Of a DNA stretch of 64,000 nt, positions 1 through 11,696 are shown in pieces; position 1 is the first letter of the stretch; each line of letters begins with the position of its first letter. The stretch spans positions 114,948,001 to 115,012,000 of the forward strand of contig OZ024743.1 of the NCBI GenBank assembly GCA_964016885.1, given 5' to 3'. This stretch comes from Eledone cirrhosa (Eukaryota). The notes beneath the pieces were generated by a model. That model searched no databases, was not told the origin of the DNA, and worked only from the letters and a program-made list of their open reading frames with translations. A program made the position numbers and the translations under genes.

Positions 1-299
1 CACAGAAACGCGCACACGCACGCAAACTTACACACGCACACACTCACACACGTTGATTGTTTTTACTTTCTGTGGAACGCTGCACGCACGCACACACCCA
101 TAAACATACGCGCACGTACATACACACGCACAGCACACATGTTAATAGTTATTGAACACAGCGTTCACACTCTCCTCTCTCACTTCCTCATTGGCATTAT
201 GCATATTAATTTAAGTTTGGCGTCGTTGAGGTGGGCGGAGTCGTTTGAAACCTATGAACCAATGATAATCGAGAATTATGACACATGGAATACTGACGG

Positions 300-615
300 T
301 CTTCAAATTAATAAATAGATGTAATGTTGCATGCAGAGTTATGGAAGAATATATGGACAAACGGAGAGGAGGAGGAACTGGGGTATGGAGGAGGAAATGT
401 AATATAAAGGAGGAGAAAAAAGAAGTGAGAAGGATGATTAGGAGGCGGAAGAGAAGGGAAGAAGAGAGGGGTGCATTTGAGAAAAAGGAAGAAGAGAAGA
501 TTGAAGAAGAGGAGAGTGGAGGATGAAAAAGAGGAGTAAGAGAAGAAAGAGGAAGGTGAGGAAGAACAGGAGGATGAGGAGAAGAAGGAAAAGAATGAAG
601 AGTAAGAGGAAGTTA
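300..615. repeat. GA-rich low-complexity tract
   Basis: Runs of GAG/GAA/AGG; explains the E/K/R-rich ORF 278-526. Confidence 0.85.
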
Positions 616-1949
616 TCTTTAGCAGTTAGTATACGTTAGTATACGAGGTTCTGCTAGAACAATTGATTCAAATCTGCATCCCAGTGGGATAATTGGCAAT
701 GAGTTTACTTTATATCTTTAAAAGAATTTCTGCATCGTCTTCGGGATTGATATAGATATTGTATATTTGATAAGCTTGGTGAAAAAGACCAGTTTATTAA
801 AGAGATTTTAATACGAATGAGACTGACTGAAGTGATGTATCATACATCACATAAATCAAGAAAGTTGGAACAACTAAAATTTGGAAATACGCCATTCGAT
901 ATATGTGTGAACTTCATACATCAAAATAAAATAATATCGAGTTTTAAAAGCGTCAGTATTTATTTTGAGGAAGACATAAGAATTGCCGATGGTTATCGCT
1001 TAGAAAACATTGTCTAAATACAAATTATATAGTTATTGACATCTAAGGATCTGCTTTTCAGGAATTTATAGTGCTAAATAGAAAGGTTTGAAATCTGTTT
1101 AATAAATTGATAATATGGGCGAAAGTCGATTAGATTGACCCTCGTATTTAACTGATACTTTAATTGATACCCCCTCCACCGGTAGGATGAAAGGCAAAAA
1201 TGACCGAAGTGGTATTTGAAACCAGACCATAGAAAGTCGCATCTAAATACCGCAAAGCTATTTGTCCGACGCACTACTGATGCTGCCAATCCCACTACTT
1301 TTATCATTATCAATAATTCTAATATCAGCACAAGGTCAGCATGTTTGTTGGGTGGGAATTTCGATTATACCGACTCCAATACTTTACTGGTAATTTATTT
1401 TGTCAAGTCAAGGAGGATGAAAGGCAAAGTTAACATCGGTGGGATTTGAACTCAGAACCTCGTAACTAAATACCGCAAAGCAGTTTATCCGATGGTCTAC
1501 CGACTTTGCCAATCAAGTGCACACAAAAACGCATTGATGATAATAGCTTTCATTATAATCGATTTACAATATAGGGAAAAAACCTCACTCTAATTCAAAT
1601 TATGAAAATGGATACCGGTAACGACGTTACCCTAATTCCAAGAGACCTTAGTATATTACAACTAAATATAGTCTTTTCGCTTTTTTTAAATCATATTTTA
1701 ATTCATAAAATTTGGAACATGGTCGGGAAAATTTATTTGAAACTATTGATTCTAGTTCTCAGAGAAATGTTAGTCTAGCTCAGTTATGATACAGCCGATT
1801 TTTAATTACTACACTTGCAAGACAAGTTCTTCATATATTAATTATCAAAGAGACATGTTTTTTTTTTTTATCAACGGGAGAATTTAATACTCGTTGAAAA
1901 TTTATTGTGATTTAGTTGGTCTTGATGTTCTTATTGCTGCTGGGCTTGC

Positions 1950-2416
1950 TGTTGTTATTTAGCTCTAGGTCATATCTGATTAAAGTGAACCATGATCAGT
2001 GGCGTCGCAGTCTTGATTATGTTACCTTTGTGTATATCTATTTGCAGTCGAGTCCCTAGCAGTGGAGACTTCTGTTCACCACCATATACGCCAAGCTGGC
2101 TAGCCGTAGGTGTGAGCCCTGCGTGCTGGAATCGCTCTTCCTGCGCATCTCCCTCACCATCCTCCGGGGAAAAGCCTTCTACATTCTGTCCGCCGGGGCC
2201 ATGGGGTGGCCAGCGCGTGGGACCCCATTTGCTCATAATAGTGAGAGATGGGGAGGGCGAGAGAGACGGAGGCAATAACAGTGCGAGTTCGGCTCCTCTG
2301 TGTTCGGACCTGGTGTACATGTATGTGTATTTTTACACTATTGACTCGTCCTTCTTTTATTAATCTATTACATCTACATCAATACCGGACATAGCATTAT
2401 CCAGGATATAAAGACA
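1950..2416 (-). mobile_element. Possible solo LTR or other GC-rich insertion
   Basis: About 470-bp GC-rich island in AT-rich DNA, can be bounded TG...CA, AATAAA on minus strand near 2360; no convincing TSD. Confidence 0.3.
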
Positions 2417-2539
2417 AATCATTTCCAAGTTTTTGAGTTTCGACAATTGGAACCTGAAACCTTATTTTAAAACGTTTATCTTTATTTCAAAATCTATCAC
2501 AATTCTAAGTGAGTATCTTTCTTACGTTATGCTTTAAAA

Positions 2540-2750
2540 CAACGGTCTCCAACCGATGGTCCGCGGACCACTGGTGGCATTTATAATTGTGTTATATTTT
2601 ATCAAATATAACAAATTAATAAAATGGAATTTCAGTTATCATTATTTTACAAATGTATTTATCTTTTTAAATAGATTCATATCAGTGGTCCAAGGGAATT
2701 AAAATTATGAATTTAGTGGTCCGTGATGTCCGAAAGTTTGGCGATTGCTG
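2540..2750. mobile_element. hAT/Charlie-type MITE
   Basis: Imperfect TIRs CAACGGTCTCCAACC / GTTTGGCGATTGCTG; 8-bp TSD-like CTTTAAAA / CTCTAAAC with central TA; internal GTGGTCC repeats. Confidence 0.75.
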
Positions 2751-3399
2751 CTCTAAACCACAAGCCCATTAATGAAAACGTTAGTTATATTACTAAATAT
2801 TTCTAATTTGATAACTATTTTCAAAATAACTTGAAAATTATCGGTAGTGTATTTCATTAGAAATATGTTTAAATACAGTTAATACGATAAGGTTTGATCT
2901 GAGGTGAATGGGCTGCTATTTCTAGAAAACAAAGTAATAACTTAAAGAATCCTCATGTTTATAATTCCATAAATTTGTGACATTAATGTTTTTCTCGAGA
3001 CTATTGCTGGATGATGTAAAACGCGCTCGTGTCAAGCATTGCGTCTTTGAATTTATCTCATGTTGACAGTTGTCAATAATGGTTTTTTATATAGGCACAA
3101 GGCCAGCAATTATTCCAGTACATTACTGGTACTTTATTTTATAGACTCCGTAATAATGAAAGGCAAAGTGAACCTCGGCGGGATTTGCAATCAGACTATA
3201 AGGGGGCGTAAATCTAGGCTGCAACTTATGACGTCCAACCTTCTACCGATACTGCCAAAAATGAATTGTTTCTATGATTTAAAACATCCTCATCGGTGTC
3301 CTAATTATCATCATCATCAGTATTAGCAGCAGTAACAGCAGTGGCAGCAGTGGCAACAGCAGCAGTCATTAAAAAAAACTTATCTCTCTGCCATGTATA

Positions 3400-4960
3400 C
3401 ACACAAAAATTACTCCTTCAGCGAGTCAACCTTCTTTGGAACATCCAGTGCAGAAGGGAGGTGGCAACCAAATATTACTAGTGACGGGGTAAGACTGTCC
3501 TTTAACCCTAATCCCCTCTTTTGGGGCGTCACATATGATAGGACACTCTTCTTTGGGGAACATGTTAAAAAGATTTGCCAAAAACTTCAACAGCGCGTCA
3601 ACATCCTTCGCACACTTGGGGGTATCTCCTGCGGCTGGCATACCGCAGATCTTCGTCAAGTATACATCGCAGTGCACCGCAGCCTGGCCGAAAACGGCTC
3701 CCCAGGCTGGGCTTCCTGGTTGTCAGCCACTAACATCGGCAAGCTTGAAAGAGCACAACTAGAAGCATCTCCAGCGATCACTGGACATATACGCACAACA
3801 CCAACTGAGGCTGTCCTACTTGAAGCACACCTTCCTCTGTTGGAATGGCGCTTTCATGCTAGCTCCCTCTTGAAACAGATGAATGGACACACCTCCCCAT
3901 CTCCGATCATCGAACTCAATGCTAACGTAAGGCGCCGACTCCGCCGTCTTGATTGGCGATGTAGACAGCTGCAGCCCTTGATCGTCTTGGCATACCCTCG
4001 ACAACAAACACCCAACTACCACATAAGAAACCGCTGTGGGAATTACCACTAGCAATCCCTGCTACCTTTATCCCGGTGAGCAAATAAATTCCTGTAGCAC
4101 TACAACTTAAAGTGGCACTGGATCATATATGGACACTCCACCGGTGGACATTTGTGTGTATACAGATGGATCAACATGCGCCGGTACAACCAATGGCGGT
4201 GCCGGTCTCGTAATCATCCAAAATGAAGAGGTAGCTCACGAGTGGCATGCTACGACGTGCGCTCGTAGCAGTTCCTTTCATTCCGAAAGAATTGCATTCA
4301 AACAAGCCCTCCTATAGTTACAGACAGACACCAGCTAGGAGTCCTCCCATGTCATCTGTGACTGCAAGTCGCTGGTTCAAACAGTCAACAACCACTTCCC
4401 CCATGACACTTTCATTACCGAGCTGCAAGGGATCGCTAACAAAATCACAAAGGGGAGAACCTTAGCAGCTCTCTGGTTCCCGGGGCACTGCGACATCAAA
4501 GGGAATGAACTGGTGGACGCCCAGGCGAAACAAGGCTCAACATCTACTCAACTGGACAGTTCAATCGATGCCGCCACCCGTCGCGCCGTCATTCGCCGGG
4601 AATTTCGCCCACCACCGATCCAGCATCAACGTCTACAATCAGTCTTTAGCCGCCACCCAAATGAAGAGAGTGAGCAAACTCTCTCCAAAGCAGATAGGAA
4701 CCAACTCGTCCGCTTCCGCAGTGGATATCACACGCCATTAAGGCGATGGCTCCATATGATCGGCCAAGCGGAAATCAACACATGCCCTCTGTGCGGAGAG
4801 GAAGAAGAATCCTCCGAACATCTTTGGATGAGATGTCCGGCCTTGATGGTGGATTGTTATCACCACCAACTCGGCTCCAGCATGGATGAACTCGTGCCTC
4901 TCCCACACGCCAGTCTAGCACTACTGAGGGTAATCCTCAGGCGCCTGCGGTGAGAGAGAA
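3400..4960 (+). mobile_element. 5'-truncated RNase H-containing LINE (I/ingi-like), degenerate
   Basis: RT C-terminus (GVTYDRTLFFGEHV), RNase H motifs YTDGS..GGAG, SSFHSE, WFPGHCDIKGNELVD, and knuckle CPLCGEEEESSEHL..CP; frameshifts and stops. Confidence 0.9.
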
Positions 4961-4967
4961 AACAAAA

Positions 4968-5140
4968 ATGCAGCAGCAGTGGCAGCAGCAGTAGTAGTAG
5001 TATAAGTAAAAGTAGTAGGAGCTGTTGTAGTAGTAGTTGTTGTTGTAGTTGTAGAGGTAGGAGTAGTAGTACTAGTAGTAGTTTTTGTAGTAGTAGTTGT
5101 AGTAGTAGCAGTAGTAGTAGTGGTAGTAGTAGTAGTAGTT

Positions 5141-5190
<50 letters not shown>

Positions 5191-5204
5191 TGTTGTAGTA
5201 GTAA

Positions 5205-5279
<75 letters not shown>

Positions 5280-5330
5280 CAGCAGTAGTAGTCGTAGCAG
5301 CAGCAGCAGCAGCAGTAGCAGCAGCAGCAG
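4968..5330. repeat. (GTA)n/(GCA)n microsatellite
   Basis: Direct reading; source of poly-T/V/Y ORFs. Confidence 0.97.
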
Positions 5331-5759
5331 ACATATTGATAATGGTTAAACTTATATAAACTCTTAATTAAGATTATCGATATAGATAATACATACAAAA
5401 TATGTTTTCATATGTTTTTCTTTATATATTATCACGTATGGTTTCCTATGTGTAATTAAGTCATTGTCAATAATATATATAGAATATATAAAAGTGTTTT
5501 CTTCCTAAAATTTTAATTTTCACAATTTATAGACTAAAAACAAATTTAATGGCAATGTTCTGTGGCTTTGATGCAACACTGCGAATTTATGATGGAGAAT
5601 GCCGAACAAGCCGAAATATGATCTCGGTGTTTATGTTTGTTGCAGTTATATGAATGTGTAACTAAGTTGATTCTGGTAAGATTTGAACTCAGAAACTCGT
5701 AAAATTTCAGGAAAACATGTATTCTACACCGTCGAATTTATCATATAATGTCCGTAAAC

Positions 5760-7270
5760 TAATTGTTTCTACTTTAGGCATAAGGCCAGCAATTACTCAG
5801 TATTACTGGTACTTTATATTATCGACCCTGTAAGGATGAAAGGCACAGTTAACCTCGGCCGGATTTGGACTCGGAATTTAAAGGACCATAATTCTATGCT
5901 GCAAAGCCTGGTGTCTGACGCTCTACTGATACTGCCAATCCACCACCATTTGCCAATCCACACGCAAAATAATTGTTTCTACTTTTGGCACAAGGCCAGT
6001 AAATACCCAATACATTACTGGTACTCTATTTTATCGACCCCGTAAGGATGAAAGGCAAAGTTAACCTCGGCGGGATTGAACTCAGAATGGCAAAGGCCGT
6101 AACTCTATGCGTCAAAGCATGGCGTCCGACCCTCTACTAATACTGCCAATCCACCGCGTAAAATAATGGTTTCTAATTTAAGCACAAGCCAACAATTTTG
6201 AGGAGAGGGGAAAATCGTTTAAATCTAATATAGGGCTTAATCTCGTATGCTGTTTCATCGATCCCGAAAGGATGAAAGTCAAAGTTGATCTCGGTAGGAT
6301 TTAAATTCAGACCATAACATGCCGGAACATATCTAATGATTCAGCCAATCCACTGCCTAAATAATTATTTCTAATATTGACAAAAGATCAGCAATTTGGG
6401 GTAATGGGAAAGTGAATTATATCGACCCCAGTACTTAACTTCTACTTTATTTTACTGACACTACGAGGCTGATAGGCCTAGTTAACCTCGGTGAGATTTG
6501 GACTAAGATCGCCAAAAGACGGGATAAATACCGCAAGTCATGTCTGTCGGTCTAATGATTCTCGCAATCCACCACCCACCTCAGTGTTTTCTAATTTAGG
6601 CCCAAGGACAATAAGTATGGAAGAAGGGAATATCGATTAAATAAACACCAGTACTAGACTGATACTTTATTTTATTGATCACGGTATGATAAAAGTCAAA
6701 GTTGAACTCGGATATTTTTCGACTCAGAATGTACAATCCGGAATACATTCCGCACAGGATTTTGTCCGCCGCTTTAATGATTAAGCCCATCAACCACACT
6801 ACCTCTATATAATAACTGTTTCTACTTTTGGCACAAGACCAGCAATTACCCAATACATTACTGGTACTTTATTTTATCGACCCCCGTATGGATGAAAGGC
6901 AAAGTTAACCTCGGTGGGATTTGAACTCGGATCGTAAAGGGACGTAACTACGCTGGAAAGCATGTCCGACCCTCTACCGATACTTCCAAATTCACAATAA
7001 TATTTTCAAATATTAGCACGTGGTCAGCAATTTGGGAGAAAGGGAAAAGTAACTTATAATCACCCCAGCACTTATCTAGTTCTTTATTTTATCGATCCTA
7101 TAAGAATGAAAACAAAGTTGATCTCAGCAATAGTAGAAACCAGAACGTTGACGGCCATTACGAAATACTGCGATGCATTTCTTTCAAGGCACTAACGAGT
7201 CTTCTAAGTCACCACCCTTGTCCATATCATAGTCATTCTTTTAACATCAGTATAAGATCGGAAATTTGGG
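5760..7270 (-). mobile_element. Head-to-tail array of about 8 tRNA-derived SINE copies (Nin/Deu-domain-like core)
   Basis: Repeated units with A-box-like TGGCAGTATCGGT, B-box GAGTTCAAATCC, core TTTCATCCTTACGGGGTCGATAAAATAAAGTACCAG and 3' GGCCTTGTGCCAAAAGTAGAAAC (read on minus). Other copies near 1085-1515, 3075-3260, 12205-12420, 29270-29480, 58555-58700. Confidence 0.9.
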
Positions 7271-7429
7271 GATAGTGAAGGAAATAGGCCTTCCATACAG
7301 ATTTCGTCTATTTAATTTAATTCAATTTTTTTATGTACCCCAGGCTTTGATAATTGAAATATTTCCTGTGAATCTCGGTTTGGTTGAGGTTAGAACGGCA
7401 TATTTGTGAAGGACCTTCTTAATTATATC

Positions 7430-10400
7430 TATCTAATTGTTTCGTAGACTGGTGGACCGTTGGGGCGCCACAGATGACCTGGCAACCAGCTCGTTCGTTC
7501 CTCCCGCCTCTCCACCTTCCTCATGGTTGCACCCTGCCTCATTCCGGGATGTTGTCCTCCCATTTCTTTCTCTGTCTGCCTCTCTTCCTTCCTCCTTGTA
7601 CTGTCCCCCGCAGGGCAGTCTTGGCAAGCCCTGAAGATCTTGTCACGTGCCCATGCCATCTCAGTTTGCGTTGGTTTACAATAATCAACAGGTCTTCATA
7701 GAGCCCGATGGCTTGCGAAATTCTGTTTTGCACCTCCTCATTGGAGATGTAGTCTCTGTAGGTGATGCCAAGGAGCTTTCTGAAGCATCGCATCTCCATA
7801 GCCTGTATTCTTCTCTCCAGATCTGCTGCTATTGTACAAGACTTACAGACATACAAGAATATGGACATGACCAGAGAGCACCTCACTCTGATCTTTGAGC
7901 TGGGGGTTGTGTTCTTGTTATTGCAGATGGTCTCAGGTTTTGGAAATGCTGTTGTGGTCTAGGTAGATCCGGCGAATACCTTGGGTTTAGATCCTTCATC
8001 TGAAATGATTGCCCACAAATATTTGAAATTGTTGACGCACTCTAGTTTCTTATCGTTGACTCTGATGTCAGTGCTGATGTTGTTGGTCTTTTCTGCACTG
8101 ATCTGTATGCCGTTGGCGATAGACATCTTGTCTAGACATTCCACTAGGTTGGCTAGCTCCCCTACCTTCCCTGCTAGACCATCTATGTCGTCAGCAAAAC
8201 GTAATTTCATGACAGTCCTGCAGCCAATGCAGACTGTCCCTTCATGGTCTTCCATTACGTCTGTCATAATTCCCTCTAAAAAGATGTTGATAGTTGGAGA
8301 GAGCAAACAACTCTGTCTTACTCCGATTGTGTTTCTGAACCAGTCCCCAACGTTGTTATTTAAGTAGACTGCGCTGTTGGCTCTGTCATACAGACTTTGT
8401 ATCACCCTGATCAAGTTGCCATTGATGTTGTACATCTTCATTGTGTATCACAGTCTTGCGTGCCAAACTCTGTCAAACGCCTTCTTGAAATCCACAAAGA
8501 CATAGTGGAGGTCCTGTTGATGTTGGAGGTACCTTTCGCTTATTATTCTAAGGTTGAAGATCTGCTCTATTGTGATTGGCCCTAAACGGAAGGCTACTTG
8601 CTCTTCAGTAACAACCTTTTCTGCTTGTTGCTTCAATCGGTTTAGCAAGGTCTTCAACATGACTTCGTTTGGATGGCTGATGAGGCTGTTGGTACAATAA
8701 TTTTGGCATAGCTGTAGGCTGCCTTTCATGGGTAGGGTGATGAGGATCAACTGAGTGCATGTTGTTGGCTATTCCCTGTCTGCCAGATCTTGTTGAAGAT
8801 TGTCATTAGGGCGCTTATAATGCCCCCCCCCCGCCTGCACCAGCTCCCTGAGATGTTGTCCACTCCTGCATACTTCCCCTCCTTGAGTGACTTCACAGAT
8901 TCTTCCACTTCTTCACGGAGAATGGGGTAGTTGTCGTTGTTGCTTGCTGGAGAGGTTTTCATGTGGCTCTGTGGTTGTACACCTCTCATCAGTACTCAGT
9001 CCATCTGTTTAGGATGTCCCATTCATCAGTCAGGCTTTTTTCAGCCTTGTCCTGTATGGTTCGTCCTTGTTTAGTGCTGATCAGGTATTTCACCAGTTAG
9101 TAGGATTTCTTGCTGTTGTTCTTTTTAGGGTTATCTTCATGTTCTGGCACTGCTCTTCAATCCAGTTCTCTTTTGCCCCTACCATGGATTTCTTTATACC
9201 TTGGTTGACTGCTCAGTACTGTTTTGCTTCTTCCGCATCATTCTTCCTCCTCTTCATCTCTCTCTGTCTGTCGCACATATCAAGTATGTCAGATGTGACC
9301 CACGGCTTCTTGATTGGGTGATGTTTGCCAAGGATGTTATTGGCTGTGGTGTTCACTGCTGTGGTGAAGGTGTTGGTCAATGGAAGCGCCTCCTCACCGT
9401 GATATAAGCTTTCTGGTTGTGATGCTTTCCATTTGGATTGTGCCACGAGACTCTTCTGGATGTTTTGTGTGGTCCAAATGTGTTTGCCAGCATAAGGTTA
9501 TTGTAGCTTGGTGTTGCAGTATTATCCACACGTTCCTTTCCAGTTTTTATATGCATCTCCTCCTATCTTGGCATTCGAGTCCCCCTGTACCACAGGGATG
9601 TCTTTCTTTGGAGTTTAGTCCGAGTCTTCTACATCTTCCTCGTAGCAGTATATCGCTGGATCGTATGCCTGTACGACGGTGATGTTGAATGGCGTTGCCC
9701 TCAGACGGATGATGATCAGTCGGTTGGAGATTGGTTGACAGCTCATGACGCAGCTCACTGTGTTCTTGTGAACTAGGAATTCAACTCCCCGCTCATTTTT
9801 ATCATTTCGACCACTGAAGTAGAGTTTGTGGCCATCTTGGGTGGATGTTTCTCTCATATTTTTCCACTGTACTTCACAGAGTCCTAGGATGTTCCAGTGG
9901 CTGTCTATTCATCTTGTGGGTGAGCTCTTCTAGCTTGCCAGATTCTCTCATTGATGTTTCATTCCATGTGCCAATTATGATGTTGCTTCTGGCATTGATC
10001 TTGTTGTTCGGTACACCAGTCGTATGGTTCCCACCCCAGCCCTGGTGTGTGACGGAAAGCGAGGCCCTTGTTAACCTGGGCGATGGCCGAACCGGTATGG
10101 GTTGAGTATTGGTTATCATCTTCATGTGGCATGTCTGGGGCAACTGATGCATGGCGGAGCCCATCCCTCTACATGCCCGACCCCAGCCGATAACCTCCAA
10201 CTAATTAGTTAACCTTGGTCACGAACACGTGGTCGTTGTAGTTCAACTGGGAACTCTTCCACCTGGCTGGCGAACTGCAACGAGGAGGTCCTTCGTCCAG
10301 TGGTGCCGTGTTAACAACCCTCCTTCACATGGTTGGGCCCGCCAGCTGAAGCGGTTTACCGGGACATGTCGCTTGGAGGCACATGTGAGAGATTTAGATG

Positions 10401-10473
10401 AGGGATGGCGACCAGTGAGGTCGGGCCACCTTACAGCAAAGGTGTTACCCCTATTCAGAGCCCACTATGCCCC
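7430..10473 (-). mobile_element. Full-length (about 3 kb) RTE/BovB-like LINE, inactivated
   Basis: APE endonuclease (IGTWN, GHKLYFSG, ITVVQAY), RT (VFVDFKKAFDRVWH, GVRQSCLLSP, LRFADDI), C-terminus RKLRWHGHVTR...GGRKRGRQRKKWEDNI; many frameshifts. Confidence 0.96.
10325..10473 (-). ncRNA. HDV-like self-cleaving ribozyme at RTE 5' end
   Basis: Minus strand: P1 GGGGCAU/AUGUCCC (7 bp, one GU), P2 UCACAUG/CAUGUGA, P3 GCC/GAC (1 mismatch), L3 UCCAAGC, P1.1 CC/GG, P4 CCGCU/GGCGG, J4/2 GCCCAA; nested double-pseudoknot order correct. Confidence 0.8.
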
Positions 10474-10791
10474 TCAATTACAGACTCATAAATATGTGTG
10501 TACGGCCTTGTAATTCCTGATGGTATCATAGTGGTGCCTTCTTTGTATATGACATGTCTATAGCATTTTAAAACTCGACGGAGACTATCTCCTCGCCAGG
10601 TCGGAATACAACCGATTTTGAAGAGTGAAGCTAGCAAAGGTCTACTATCATGCGAGTATTGGCTCGCACTTGATACCTTCTTTCAACAGTAGTGATTACT
10701 TGATGAAGCCTTTCACCATGTAATTCATTGGGTTCGATTTGATCACCTTTCCCCTGTCACCAAATTGATGGCCTTGTGCCTATAGTAGAAA

Positions 10792-10836
<45 letters not shown>

Positions 10837-10839
10837 GTA

Positions 10840-11380
10840 TTGCCATTCTGAGTTAAAATCCCGCCGAGGTTAACTTTGCCTTTCATCCTTACGGGGTCGA
10901 TCAAATAAAGTACCAGTAATGCACGTCGTATTTACTGGCCTTGTGCAAATAGTAGAAACAATTATTATTATTATTATTCATTGGCAGTATCAGTAGATAG
11001 TTTGACACCATGCTTTGCAGCATAGAGTTACGCCCCTTCACGGTCTGAGTTCAAATCCTGCCGAGGCTAACGTTGCCTTTCATCCTTATGGGATAATCGC
11101 CGCCCTTGTGCCAAAAAAATAGAAACAATTATTATTATATAGATAGTTTGGTGAATTGGCAGAATCATTTTTAACATTGGATAAAATGCTTTTAGGGGGT
11201 GAGATTCGGCTCTTTATCTTTTGCTTTCTTTTCCGATCAAAGTCAATTTTGTCTTTCCCCATTCCAGGGTTGATAAAGTAAAGTGCCAATCAAGTTGACT
11301 TAATCAGCTGGGGTTGATTTAATCAACATTGACCTGGCCCTAAAACTGTTGGGCTTGTGCCTCAATAAGAAATTAATATT
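10840..11380 (+). mobile_element. Cluster of 3 SINE copies following an (ATT)n tail
   Basis: Same consensus as the 5760-7270 family, opposite strand. Confidence 0.85.
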
Positions 11381-11424
11381 CCTGATGAGATCCATTGATA
11401 AACAAGCATTTTGTTTATTTCCAG

Positions 11425-11556
11425 TTACATATTCGGTGAAGACTGTGAAATTCCAGTGGCATGAAAACCCTGTTGTAATGAGTCCGTCGATTGTATTACC
11501 ACAATTCCGCCTTGTGAAGAACCTTACCGACGACTGTACCAGTCATAATAAAGACA
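11425..11556 (+). CDS. Anion-selective Cys-loop receptor subunit (GlyR/GluCl-like), exon encoding loop B to first half of loop C
   Basis: ttgtttatttccag acceptor, gtgagt donor, phase 1-1, 132 nt; xTYSVKTVKFQWHENPVVMSPSIVLPQFRLVKNLTDDCTSHNKD matches GlyR FGYT...FEW...LPQF...CTKHY and shares its exon borders. Confidence 0.92.
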
Positions 11557-11600
11557 GTGAGTACATAGATTATTCTAGTAGATTTTCAGGTGGCCATTTG

Positions 11601-11696
11601 TCTTCTTCTTCTTCTTCTTCTTCTTCTTCTTCTTCTTCTTCTTCTTCTTCTTCTTCTTCTTCTTCTTCTTCTTCTTCTTCTTCTTCTTCTTCTTCT
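11601..11696. repeat. (TTC)n microsatellite
   Basis: Direct reading. Confidence 0.97.

Noticed and set aside
1970-2363. Overlapping 116 and 123 aa ORFs
   Set aside because: No recognisable motifs; expected by chance in a GC-rich insert.
11378-11420. CTGATGA upstream of the exon acceptor
   Set aside because: No GAAA or helix III partner.
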